A DNA stretch of 64,000 bases from an uncultured Actinomycetota bacterium (GTDB lineage Bacteria; Actinomycetota; Actinomycetes; Propionibacteriales; Nocardioidaceae). Below are positions 55,570 through 64,000 of the stretch, piece by piece. Under the pieces are notes generated by a model. That model made no database searches. It had not been told where the DNA came from and saw only the letters and a program-made list of their open reading frames with translations. Location: the NCBI GenBank assembly GCA_963742765.1, contig CAVUMY010000002.1:1194895-1258894 (forward strand), in the 5' to 3' direction. Both the position numbers and the translations under genes were made by a program. The number at the start of each line of letters is the position of its first letter. Within the stretch, counting starts at the first letter, position 1.

Positions 55570-56261
55570 CGAGACATTTCCACGTTCCGTCCGGCCAGTG
55601 CGACGTGGATGCCGTCCTGCTGGATGTCCAGCGCCGTGATGGTGAAGCTTGGTGGGAGGCCATACACCGGGTGTGAGCTGCTGACGAGCGAGGTCAACAG
55701 GGGTCGCAGGTTGGGCGGGATCGGCGCAATGCGCGTGGCGCCGTTGGTGCCGACGAACGTGATGGTCCCCTCGGAAACGGCCACGCCGACGTCAACGCTG
55801 AGAGTCTTCGGGAGTCCGGACTTCTTGTCGGGCTTGAGCGAGATGACGCCGACGTCCTGCGGCGTCTGACCGCCGTACGCCGCCGTGAACGGCCCCAGCG
55901 CGCTGACGGAGCTGTAGGGAATCAAGGCGCTGCCGGTCATCTGGGTCGCCGTCACCTGGGTGAGGCGTTGCTTCGTGTGTACGTCGGTGAAGGTCACCGA
56001 GACGTCCTCGATGCGGATCTCCTTCGTGCGACCCGTCTTGGCTTTGACGGAGGGAAGCGTCATCGTGACCTTGGAGATGTCGTTCGACAGCACCTGGGTC
56101 AGGAACGGGAAGCCTTTGATCTCGACGTTGGGCTTCGACTCGAGGTTCTCGCGATGCATCACATACGTGGCCACCTTGTTCTCGACGTAGTGCACCGCCA
56201 GGCGGTCGCCGCCGATGAGGACCCCCGCAAGCACCACGAAGCCGATCAGGATTCTGCGCAC
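55566..56261 (-). CDS. DUF2993 / LmeA-like lipid-binding envelope protein
   Basis: N-terminal TM segment, then GDRLAVHYVENKVATYV...VEIKGFPFLTQVL. Confidence 0.72.
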   Translation of the reverse strand: MRRILIGFVVLAGVLIGGDRLAVHYVENKVATYVMHRENLESKPNVEIKGFPFLTQVLSNDISKVTMTLPSVKAKTGRTKEIRIEDVSVTFTDVHTKQRLTQVTATQMTGSALIPYSSVSALGPFTAAYGGQTPQDVGVISLKPDKKSGLPKTLSVDVGVAVSEGTITFVGTNGATRIAPIPPNLRPLLTSLVSSSHPVYGLPPSFTITALDIQQDGIHVALAGRNVEMSR

Positions 56262-56304
56262 AGTTGTGGTTCTCCTCGGTAACGGGGTGGGCGCCGGGTG
56301 GGCG

Positions 56305-57102
56305 TCATGGCAGGGTGACAGGCAGGTCGAAACCGTCGAGCGAGTGTTCGCAGGAGCAGCCGGTACGGGTGACGGGGAGCTTGTCGATCACGCCGACCAG
56401 GAGGTCGCGAAGCCGCTCCAGGTTGTCAGCGAAGGCGGCGAACACCTCTGCCTGGCTGACCGCCTGGCCGCTGCTGATCCCGGCATCGCGGTCGGTGACC
56501 AGCGCGATGGCGGCGTAGCAGAGCGCCAGCTCGCGGGCGAGGACGGCTTCGGGATGACCGGTCATGTTGACGAGTGACCACCCCTGAGCGGCGTACCACT
56601 GCGACTCGGCCCTCGTGGAGAAGCGTGGTCCCTCGATCACGACCATGGCTCCGCCGTCGACGATCTCGTCGTCAGCGGCGGTCAGCGCGTGGCGCAGGCT
56701 CGGACAGTACGGGTCGGCGAAGCCGACGTGGCAGGCGCCGGAGTCGAAGTACGTCTGCACCCGCGAGGTCGTCCGGTCGACCAGCTGGTCGGGCACGACG
56801 ACCGCGCCCGGTCCGAGCTCGGGCTGGAGGCTACCGACCGCACACGGGGCGAGGATGCGACGGACGCCGACAGATCGCAGCGCCCACAGGTTTGCCCGGT
56901 AGTTGACCCGATGCGCCGGGAACTCGTGCCGACGACCATGACGGGGCAGGAACGCAACGGCTCGGCCGTTGACCTGACCGATCGAGACCGAGGCTGACGG
57001 GTCTCCGTAGGGAGTCGACATGGGGACGTCCGTCGGCGAGCCGAGGAACTCATAGAAACCCGACCCACCGATGACGGCGATGTCAGCCTGGACGTCAGAC
57101 AT
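56305..57102 (-). CDS. mtnP: S-methyl-5'-thioadenosine phosphorylase
   Basis: ATG at 57102. Motifs IAVIGGSGFY, FLPRHGRRHEFPAHRVNYRANLWAL and LVNMTGHPEAVLARE. Confidence 0.88.
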   Translation of the reverse strand: MSDVQADIAVIGGSGFYEFLGSPTDVPMSTPYGDPSASVSIGQVNGRAVAFLPRHGRRHEFPAHRVNYRANLWALRSVGVRRILAPCAVGSLQPELGPGAVVVPDQLVDRTTSRVQTYFDSGACHVGFADPYCPSLRHALTAADDEIVDGGAMVVIEGPRFSTRAESQWYAAQGWSLVNMTGHPEAVLARELALCYAAIALVTDRDAGISSGQAVSQAEVFAAFADNLERLRDLLVGVIDKLPVTRTGCSCEHSLDGFDLPVTLP

Positions 57103-57198
57103 GCGCGCCAGTCTTACACCTCCGCGCGCCCACTCCGTGCCGCCGTGCCGCTGAGAGGCCAACCGGACGACATGCGCGCGACAGGAGCCGTGCACCGC

Positions 57199-59409
57199 TC
57201 AGGTGCTTCGGGAACCAGCACCCACCAGCTCGTCGACAGGACCGATTGGTGCGACATGTCCGTCGTGCTCACGCAGGCCGTGCCTCTCCCACCACCGGCG
57301 CAACGGACCCGGAGCCCACCAGTTGGCGTCACCGAGCAGGCGCATCGTCGCCGGCACGAGCAGGGCTCGGACGACGGTGGCGTCGAGCAGCACCGCCACG
57401 AGCATGCCGATCCCGATCATCTTCAGGAAGACGATGCCGGAAGTGGCGAAGCCACCGATCACGACCGCCAGCAGGAGCGCCGCGCTGGTGATGATGCGAC
57501 CACTGCGCTCGAGCCCGGCGGCCACCGACGCGGTGTTGTCGTGGGTGCGATCCCACTCCTCGCGAACGCGGGAGAGCAGGAAGACCTCGTAGTCCATCGA
57601 GAGTCCGAACAGGATTCCGAGCATGAGGATGGGCTGCGTCGCGTCCAGGAAGCCGGGCGAAGTGAAGCCCAACAGTCCCGAGAGGTGCCCGTCGGCGAAG
57701 ATCCACGTGACGACACCGAACGACGCGCCGATCGAGACGGCGTTCATGAGGACGGCCTTGATCGGAAGCACCAGCGATCCGAAGGCGAGGAACAAGAGCA
57801 CGAGCATGATCGCGGCCACGATGAGACCCATCCAGGGCAGGTGGTCGCCGATCGAGCGGATCAGGTCGACGCTCTCCGCTGCAGATCCGCCGACCAGTGC
57901 CGAGGCGCCGGGCCCTGGGTCGATGTCACGCAGCTGCTGCACGATCTGGTGTGAGCGTTCGGTCTGGCTGTTGCCGCTCCACCTGACCTGGATGAGCGCC
58001 GTGCTGTCCGCCGGATCTCCCGTTCCTTCGATGACGTGCGCCGCCGACACGCTATCGACGGCGCCGAGCGCGGCGACGTACGACGCTGTCTGGGTGCTGC
58101 TGGCGCCGCTCAGCATGACGCTGGCGGTGGACGTCTCACCACCGAAACGCTCCGCCTGGACGAGGGCGGCCTGATGGCTGGGCGCGCTGGCCGGTAGGAC
58201 GCGGTAGTCGACGCTGCCCCAGCTGGTGGACAGGAACGGGGTGGCCAGCGCAAACAACGCCGCCGTGATGGCTACGAGGTAGACGACCGGTCGCCGCATC
58301 ACGCTGTGGGCCACCCTGGCCCACCGGGAGCCGACCGGAGACCCGGTCACGAGCGCGGTCCGTCGCCCACGTCGCCACGGCATCCGGCCCTTTTCGATGC
58401 GTGGCCCGAGGAGCGCGAGCACAGCCGGCAGGATCGTCAGGGCAGCGGTCATCGCGACGAGCACGGCGGCGACACCTCCGTACCCCATCGAGCGCAAGAA
58501 GTTCTGCGGGAAGATCAGCAGCGACGACATCGAGGCGGCGACGATGAGGCCGGAGAAGAGCACGGTGCGCCCAGCTGTCGACATCGTCTGCACGACGGCA
58601 GCGTGGACGTGCTCGCGCTCGGAGCCCGGCTGCGCGTCGAGCTCCTCCCGGAACCGGCTCACGATGAACAGTGCGTAGTCGATCGCCAGGCCCATGCCGA
58701 TCAGCGTGATGATGTTGATCGCGAAGACGGACACATCTGTCACGTTCGTCAGCAGGCGCAGCGCTGCGAAGGCTCCGAACACGGCGATCCCGCCGACGAG
58801 GGTAGGCATCAGAGCCGCGACCATGCTGCCGAAGATGACCAGGCTGAGGAGGAACACGATCGGCATCGTGAGGGACTCGGCTCTGGCGATGTCGGCGCTC
58901 ACCGACTCGTTCACGTCGCCGAAGACCGCCCACGGGCCCCCGACGTTGGTCGTGAGACCGACGGCGTCGAGCTTGTCCTTGACAGCGTCATAGCTTGCGG
59001 ACTTGTCGTCCTGGGTAACGCCGTTGAGCGTCAGGACGATCATGGCGGCGTGTCCGTCGGAGCTCGTGAGTCCCTGCGCGCGCGGTGCGTAGTACGGCTG
59101 GACGCGTACGATGGCGTCAGCCGGGAGACCCGCGACGACGTTCTTCACGGAGTCCTCGAAGGCGGGATCGGTGGCCACCAGGTCGGCACTCGAATAGATG
59201 GCCACGACGTCGGCGTCATGGCTGGTGAAGGCCGCCGACTCCGCGGCTACCTCTTTGGCCGACTCGCTGGCAGGATCGTCGAACCCGCCGTTGCTCAGCG
59301 CACCGAAGACCCCGACGCCATATCCGATGCACAGCACCAGGACTGCCACCCCGCTGACAAGGACCGCTGTTGCTCGGCGTGCCACCAGGGCACCCCACTG
59401 CCGGATCAT
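57199..59409 (-). CDS. MMPL-family (RND superfamily) transporter
   Basis: 736 aa with two six-TM bundles and repeated LGMGLAIDYALFIVSRFREE / FGLSMDYEVFLLSRVREE motifs. Confidence 0.92.
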   Translation of the reverse strand: MIRQWGALVARRATAVLVSGVAVLVLCIGYGVGVFGALSNGGFDDPASESAKEVAAESAAFTSHDADVVAIYSSADLVATDPAFEDSVKNVVAGLPADAIVRVQPYYAPRAQGLTSSDGHAAMIVLTLNGVTQDDKSASYDAVKDKLDAVGLTTNVGGPWAVFGDVNESVSADIARAESLTMPIVFLLSLVIFGSMVAALMPTLVGGIAVFGAFAALRLLTNVTDVSVFAINIITLIGMGLAIDYALFIVSRFREELDAQPGSEREHVHAAVVQTMSTAGRTVLFSGLIVAASMSSLLIFPQNFLRSMGYGGVAAVLVAMTAALTILPAVLALLGPRIEKGRMPWRRGRRTALVTGSPVGSRWARVAHSVMRRPVVYLVAITAALFALATPFLSTSWGSVDYRVLPASAPSHQAALVQAERFGGETSTASVMLSGASSTQTASYVAALGAVDSVSAAHVIEGTGDPADSTALIQVRWSGNSQTERSHQIVQQLRDIDPGPGASALVGGSAAESVDLIRSIGDHLPWMGLIVAAIMLVLLFLAFGSLVLPIKAVLMNAVSIGASFGVVTWIFADGHLSGLLGFTSPGFLDATQPILMLGILFGLSMDYEVFLLSRVREEWDRTHDNTASVAAGLERSGRIITSAALLLAVVIGGFATSGIVFLKMIGIGMLVAVLLDATVVRALLVPATMRLLGDANWWAPGPLRRWWERHGLREHDGHVAPIGPVDELVGAGSRST

Positions 59410-59438
59410 CTCTTCGCCTCCCGCGACATGATGTCACT

Positions 59439-59459
59439 ACGGTTAACGGCATTAACTGT
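59439..59459. promoter_or_regulatory. candidate TetR operator in the mmpL-tetR divergent region
   Basis: ACGGTTAA-cggca-TTAACTGT is an imperfect inverted repeat with 1 mismatch, in a locally AT-rich 108-bp intergenic region. Confidence 0.35.
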
Positions 59460-59517
59460 TTACGATGTTCACAAGATTGTCAAGCGTTTATGATGGACGA
59501 GTTGGAGAGGAGTCCCG

Positions 59518-60351
59518 ATGACCGAAGCAGTTCCGGTTGCAGAGGCCGTCGAGGTCCCGCTGACCCGCCGCGAACGTCAGCGCCAGGCGACGTACGACGA
59601 GATCGTCGAGGTGTCTCGTCGCCTGATGGGCGGGGGCGACGGTCTGTCGCTGCGCGCGGTGGCTGCCGAGATGGGCATGACGGCCCCGGCGCTGTACCGC
59701 TACGTAGACAGCTACCAGGAGCTCGTGCTTCTCATTGGCCGCTCTATCTATGCCGACGTGCTTGCCACCATGACGCACTGGCGGGACCGTTTCCCCGACG
59801 ACGACCCGGGCGCCCAGATCATCGCCGCCGCGTACGGGTTCCGAGACTGGGCGTTGAATCACCGCGAGGAGTTCAGCCTGTTGTTCGCCAACCCGGCGGT
59901 GTCGAAGGAGGACGGGACCGAGCCGGACGACGGCATCCGGGAGTTCGCACAGTTCTACGGCGAGATCTACCAGCGGCTGTGGGACCGGTATGCGTTCCCC
60001 GTCCCCGCGGACGACGAGCTGGATCCCGATGCGTTGAGCTCGCTGAACGCGCAGCGCTCGGCAGGAGTGCTGCCCTGCGACTTCCCCGACATGCCGATCG
60101 GCCTGAACTGGGTCTTGATCCGGGCCTGGACCCGGCTCTATGGAACCGTCACCCTCGAGGTCTTCCAGCACGTGGACTCCGGTCTCATCGAGTCCGGTGC
60201 CTTGTTCCGTGCCATGCTCGAGGACAACGGGCGCGACCTGAACTTCGGTGACGACTGGCCCCGACTGCGTGAGCTGCTCGCGGAGGTGGCGCGCTCCCCC
60301 GAGCCGGCGTACCCCGACGCCCAGGCAGAAGCGAGCAAGGCAAACATGTAG
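59518..60351 (+). CDS. TetR-family transcriptional regulator
   Basis: N-terminal HTH ATYDEIVEVSRRLMGGGDGLSLRAVAAEMGMTAPALYRYV. Divergent from the MMPL gene. Confidence 0.9.
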   Translation: MTEAVPVAEAVEVPLTRRERQRQATYDEIVEVSRRLMGGGDGLSLRAVAAEMGMTAPALYRYVDSYQELVLLIGRSIYADVLATMTHWRDRFPDDDPGAQIIAAAYGFRDWALNHREEFSLLFANPAVSKEDGTEPDDGIREFAQFYGEIYQRLWDRYAFPVPADDELDPDALSSLNAQRSAGVLPCDFPDMPIGLNWVLIRAWTRLYGTVTLEVFQHVDSGLIESGALFRAMLEDNGRDLNFGDDWPRLRELLAEVARSPEPAYPDAQAEASKANM

Positions 60352-60363
60352 TACGCGATGCGC

Positions 60364-60406
60364 GGTTGCTTGGTGAGGAAGCCACCTGGCTTGTGAACTA
60401 GGCAAG
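60364..60406. repeat. family-1 palindromic element, degenerate left arm
   Basis: The right arm CTGGCTTGTGAACTAGGCAAGC matches the consensus at 21 of 22 positions. The left arm matches at about 11 of 18 positions. Confidence 0.7.
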
Positions 60407-60438
60407 CGCACGGCCAGGGAGGCACATGCTTCCTGGGG

Positions 60439-61275
60439 CTACTTGAGGAGGAGGGTGCTGACGCGCCGGCCTGCGACGAACAGGCCCACCAGGCCCATCG
60501 TGGTCAGGTAGATCACCGCGATCACGGCGTCCCAGCCCATCGTGCCGAGGGCCATCTCGCGGCACAGCACGACCCCCTGGTACAGCGGCGTCCAGCGCAC
60601 GATCGCCTCGACCGCGTCGGGGTACGTGGAGAGCGGGAAGAACGTGGCGGAGAACAGGAACATCGGCGTGATCGACAGCTGGATGTACTCGAAGTCCTGC
60701 CACGTGCGCATCCACGTCGTCAACGCCATCCCGGCCCCGGCGAAGGCGAACCCGATCAGCATCGTCGCCGGCAGCGCCAGCAGCATCCACCACGAGGACA
60801 CCAAGCCGAGCGCGAGCATGACCACGATGAACACCGACGAGTAGATAGCTCCACGCAACAGCGCCCAGGTGATCTCGCCGCGAGCTACATCGGTGGGCCG
60901 GATCGGCGTGGCCAGCATGGCGTCGTAGAGCTTCGCGTACTTCATCCGGAAGAAGATGTTGTACGTCGAGTCGAACAACGCGCCGTTCATCGCCGAGGCG
61001 GCCAACATCGCGGGCGCGACGAAGGCGACGTATCCGACCCGGCTGCCGTCGGCCAAGGTGAAGTCACCCACGAGACCGCCGACGCCGATGCCGATCGACA
61101 GCAGGTAGAGGATCGGCTCGAGCATGCCGGTGACGAACACGAACCAGCCGCGCTTGTAGACCAGGTAGTTGCGTTCGACGATGCGCCACGGACGCCCACC
61201 CAGAAACGGCAGGCTGATGCGCGGGCCGAGGCTTCGGCGCTCGTAGTCCGGCGCGGTGCCGGTCGGGGCGGTCAT
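60439..61275 (-). CDS. ABC-2-type transporter permease
   Basis: ATG at 61275 (MTAPTGTAPDYERR...), six TM segments, and ATGA overlap with the upstream permease. Confidence 0.85.
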   Translation of the reverse strand: MTAPTGTAPDYERRSLGPRISLPFLGGRPWRIVERNYLVYKRGWFVFVTGMLEPILYLLSIGIGVGGLVGDFTLADGSRVGYVAFVAPAMLAASAMNGALFDSTYNIFFRMKYAKLYDAMLATPIRPTDVARGEITWALLRGAIYSSVFIVVMLALGLVSSWWMLLALPATMLIGFAFAGAGMALTTWMRTWQDFEYIQLSITPMFLFSATFFPLSTYPDAVEAIVRWTPLYQGVVLCREMALGTMGWDAVIAVIYLTTMGLVGLFVAGRRVSTLLLK

Positions 61276-62132
61276 GACGAGAGCTTCTTTGCGAAGCCGG
61301 TGATGCAGTAGTACCACCCGACGAGCAACCACAGCAGCAGGTAGGCGAGATGACCGACCGCCGGCAGCCACGACGCGGTTCCGAGCGTCAGGCTGCGCGA
61401 CAGCTCGACACCGTGCCAGATCGGTGTCGCGTAGGCGATCCAGGTGATCGCCTGAGGGAGCTGCGAGATCGGGAAGAAGGCCCCGCTGAACAAGAACATC
61501 GGCATCAGACCGAGACGGAAGACCAACGAGAATCCACTGTCGCTCTTGAGCCGCGACGACAATCCCATGATCGGCGTCGTGTAGGCCAGCCCCACGAGCA
61601 CGGAGACACCGAGAGCCGCGAGGCCGCCGAGCGGACCGGCGAGCGCTCCGTACGCCGCCAGCACGCCCAGGAAGACCGTGCAGGTCAGGGCGATGCGGAA
61701 GGCCACGAACGCCAGCTGCCCGGCCGCCACGTCCGCGACCCGCAACGGGGTGGCCGCCATCGAGTAGTAGAAGCGTTGCCACTTGAAGCCGGCCATCACC
61801 GGATAGGTCGACTCACCGACCCCTGCCTGCATGGCCGTGGTGGCCAGCAGGCCCGGCGCGATGAACGCCAAGTAGCTGGCCCCGCCCAACGCGTCAGACG
61901 CAGCGTTCTTGTCGACGAAACTGCCGAGCCCGACGCCCATCGCGGTGAGATAGAGGAACGGCATGAGGAAGCTGGTGATCACCGACCCACGCCAGGTCCG
62001 CTTGTAGACCGTCACCCAGTAGTCCGTGGTTCGCGGCACGAGCCGGGGGACGAACTCGTCCCACCTCAGAGGACGGCGGGCCGACTGACCGGCCGGTGCG
62101 ACCTTCCCACCCGTCGTCGTGCCCTGGGTCAC
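61272..62132 (-). CDS. ABC-2-type transporter permease
   Basis: 286 aa with six TM segments. It is a paralogue of the downstream permease (DrrB/DrrC-like pair). Confidence 0.85.
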   Translation of the reverse strand: MTQGTTTGGKVAPAGQSARRPLRWDEFVPRLVPRTTDYWVTVYKRTWRGSVITSFLMPFLYLTAMGVGLGSFVDKNAASDALGGASYLAFIAPGLLATTAMQAGVGESTYPVMAGFKWQRFYYSMAATPLRVADVAAGQLAFVAFRIALTCTVFLGVLAAYGALAGPLGGLAALGVSVLVGLAYTTPIMGLSSRLKSDSGFSLVFRLGLMPMFLFSGAFFPISQLPQAITWIAYATPIWHGVELSRSLTLGTASWLPAVGHLAYLLLWLLVGWYYCITGFAKKLSS

Positions 62133-62179
62133 CGTGTCACCTCCATCGCGCTGTCACCATCGGTGCTTTCACGTCCACG

Positions 62180-63160
62180 TCAGTCGACCAACGTGCGTCC
62201 GGTGAGCCGGAGGAACACGTCCTCGAGCGTGGCCCGACGCACGAGCGAGGACAGCGGATGAAGCCCCCGGTCGTGGACAGCAACGGCGCCGGCCTCACCG
62301 TCGTCGGTGTAGAGCAGCAGCCGGTCGGGAAGCACCTCGACCCGCTGCGCGAGGTCGGTCACCTTGGCCGCCATCGACTCGTTGTCGCCGACACCGAAGC
62401 GCAGCTCGAGCACCTCCCGGGTCGAGTGCTCACGGATCAGCTGGAGCGGCGACCCCTCGGCGACGATGACACCCTTGTCCATCACGACGAGGCGATCACA
62501 GAGCTGCTCGGCCTCATCCATGTAGTGGGTGGTCAGCACGAGCGTCACGCCCTGTTGCTTGAGCCGGAACAGACGGTCCCAGAGCTGATGACGAGCCTGC
62601 GGGTCGAGGCCGGTGGTCGGCTCGTCGAGCAGCAGCAGATCGGGCTTGTTGACCAGCGATCGCGCGATCGTGAGTCGCCGCTTCATGCCGCCGGACAGGT
62701 CGTCGACCTTGGCTTTGCGCTTGTCGGTGAGCTGGACGAAGTCGAGCAGCTCCTCGGTTCGGCGCGACGCCTCGGCGCGGCTGAGGCCGAAGTAGCGGCC
62801 GTAGACGACGAGGTTGTCGAACACCGTCAGTTCGTTGTCGAGCGTGTTCTCCTGGGGACAGACACCGAGCCGGGCTCGGATCGCCGATCCGTCAGTGGCC
62901 GGGTCCATGCCAAGGATCTCCAACGACCCCCCGGACACCGGCGAGACCGCCCCGATCATGCGCATCGTCGAGGACTTGCCGGCACCGTTGGGGCCGAGGA
63001 ACCCGAACGCTTCGCCCTGGTGGACCTCGACGTCGATGCCCTTGACCGCCTCGAACGAGCCATAGGACTTGCGCAGTCCGCGCGCCACGATCATCGCGGC
63101 CGCGGCCGGAGAGCCACTCGGCACGGAGGTGGCCGGAAGGTCAGGCGTATCGGTGGTCAC
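62180..63160 (-). CDS. ABC transporter ATP-binding protein (DrrA-like)
   Basis: Walker A GPNGAGKSS, signature LSGGMKRRL, Walker B LLLLDEPTTGLD. The start is either GTG at 63160 or ATG at 63094. Confidence 0.9.
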   Translation of the reverse strand: MTTDTPDLPATSVPSGSPAAAAMIVARGLRKSYGSFEAVKGIDVEVHQGEAFGFLGPNGAGKSSTMRMIGAVSPVSGGSLEILGMDPATDGSAIRARLGVCPQENTLDNELTVFDNLVVYGRYFGLSRAEASRRTEELLDFVQLTDKRKAKVDDLSGGMKRRLTIARSLVNKPDLLLLDEPTTGLDPQARHQLWDRLFRLKQQGVTLVLTTHYMDEAEQLCDRLVVMDKGVIVAEGSPLQLIREHSTREVLELRFGVGDNESMAAKVTDLAQRVEVLPDRLLLYTDDGEAGAVAVHDRGLHPLSSLVRRATLEDVFLRLTGRTLVD

Positions 63161-63543
63161 GAGGCCCGAGCCTAAGCCCGACCACCGACGCTTCCCAACA
63201 TCATGTCGGCATGGTTCGTGTCGTTTCACCTCTTGGCGGCCTCGGCCATCTCGGCCGCACCGACCCGGGGCGTGGGTCCCTGGCCCGGTGCGCTGAGATG
63301 GCAGGATGGAAGGCGCGCCGCTCCGGACAATCCGGTCGTCGTCGTCCGTGCGCGGCACGAACCGGACGTCGTACGCCGAAAAGTTCGCGGCCGGGGCAAC
63401 CACGAAGCACCGCGATGCGTCCTCGGGTCACGATGACCACGATCACGACCTGCACGCTCGGCCCCGCGGCGACGATGCCACTGGGTGAGAGCTGGTCCGC
63501 GCCCGCGGTGCCGCACGACGGGCAGCGGACGGGGGCAGAGCAG

Positions 63544-64000
63544 GTGCGAGACGACGAGCGCGCGGCGTTCGACGCCTTCGTGCGCGCCCGGCTGCCGGAG
63601 CTCCTCCGCTTCGGCCGGGCTCTGACCGGTTCACCCGAGGCGGCCGCCGATCTTGTGCAGGACGCCCTCGAACGCACCTTGCTGTCCTGGTCGCGGCTGA
63701 AGTCCAGGAACGAGCCCGAAGGCTATGTCCGCCGCATCATGGTCAATCGCAACATCAGCATCTGGCGCAAGCACGGCCGCGAACGTCCCACCGACGTGAT
63801 CACCGAGCACGGCACCGAGGACCGGCACTTCGACAGCGATCTGTGGCAGGCGATCCAGCAGCTGCCCACGAAACAGCGCGCGGTGATCGCGTTGCGCTAC
63901 TACGACGACATGTCCGAGGCCGAGATCGCCCGCACCCTGGGTTGCTCGGTCGGCACGGTCAAGAGCCAGGCCTCCAAGGCACTCGACAAGCTCCGGCGGC
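63544..64000 (+). CDS. ECF sigma factor (SigE-like subgroup), 3' end outside the window
   Basis: The open frame runs off the window, so it is absent from the track. Region 2 is AADLVQDALERTLLSW, EGYVRRIMVNRNI. Region 4 is AVIALRYYDDMSEAEIARTLGCSVGTVKSQASKALDKL. The GTG at 63544 gives an N-terminus like the other two sigmas. In-frame ATGs at 63433 and 63475 are alternatives. Confidence 0.8.
   Translation, partial: MRDDERAAFDAFVRARLPELLRFGRALTGSPEAAADLVQDALERTLLSWSRLKSRNEPEGYVRRIMVNRNISIWRKHGRERPTDVITEHGTEDRHFDSDLWQAIQQLPTKQRAVIALRYYDDMSEAEIARTLGCSVGTVKSQASKALDKLRR

Noticed and set aside
63161-63543. Genes in the 380-bp gap upstream of the last ECF sigma (track ORFs 63201-63677(-), 63203-63436(+) and 63306-63488(+))
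   Set aside because: Their composition is typical of non-coding frames, with no motifs. The plus frame that is continuous with the sigma gene is open throughout, so the region may simply be leader sequence or an N-terminal extension. No riboswitch-like pattern was recognised.

Overview
High-GC actinobacterial chromosome segment. No genus can be assigned from the sequence alone, and all protein families below are named from motifs read by eye, without database searches. The backbone is the conserved actinobacterial SOS and tRNA-modification neighbourhood: LysM protein, lexA, hflX, dapF, miaA, miaB, recX, recA and DUF3046. It is interspersed with a two-component/ABC(FtsX) module, a DinG-like helicase, three ECF sigma modules, MFS, MMPL and ABC-2 exporters, and a seven-gene translationally coupled operon (GT2, DUF2064, methyltransferase, Mo-oxidoreductase, membrane protein, RR, HK). 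The stand-out is a ~5.9-kb lower-GC integrative element (30107-36205) in the 5' end of miaB. It is bracketed by 228-bp miaB-derived direct repeats whose 11 differences are all synonymous. It rebuilds miaB with a new N-terminus and upstream region and leaves an 87-codon native stub. It carries a tyrosine integrase, a serine recombinase, a DUF1508-like gene, an ECF sigma/anti-sigma/META module, and a ~1.1-kb AT-rich, CTAG-rich, ORF-poor segment of unknown function, which is the best candidate here for something undescribed. Two short structured repeat families also occur. One is a 44-bp perfect palindrome in four intergenic regions. The other is a 54-bp hairpin element lying 15-25 nt upstream of miaA, the native miaB start and an AraC gene. 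Other points are several VNTR-like tandem repeats, a cluster of LexA boxes, and a frameshifted FtsX permease. Many long antisense 'shadow' ORFs in the track were not called.
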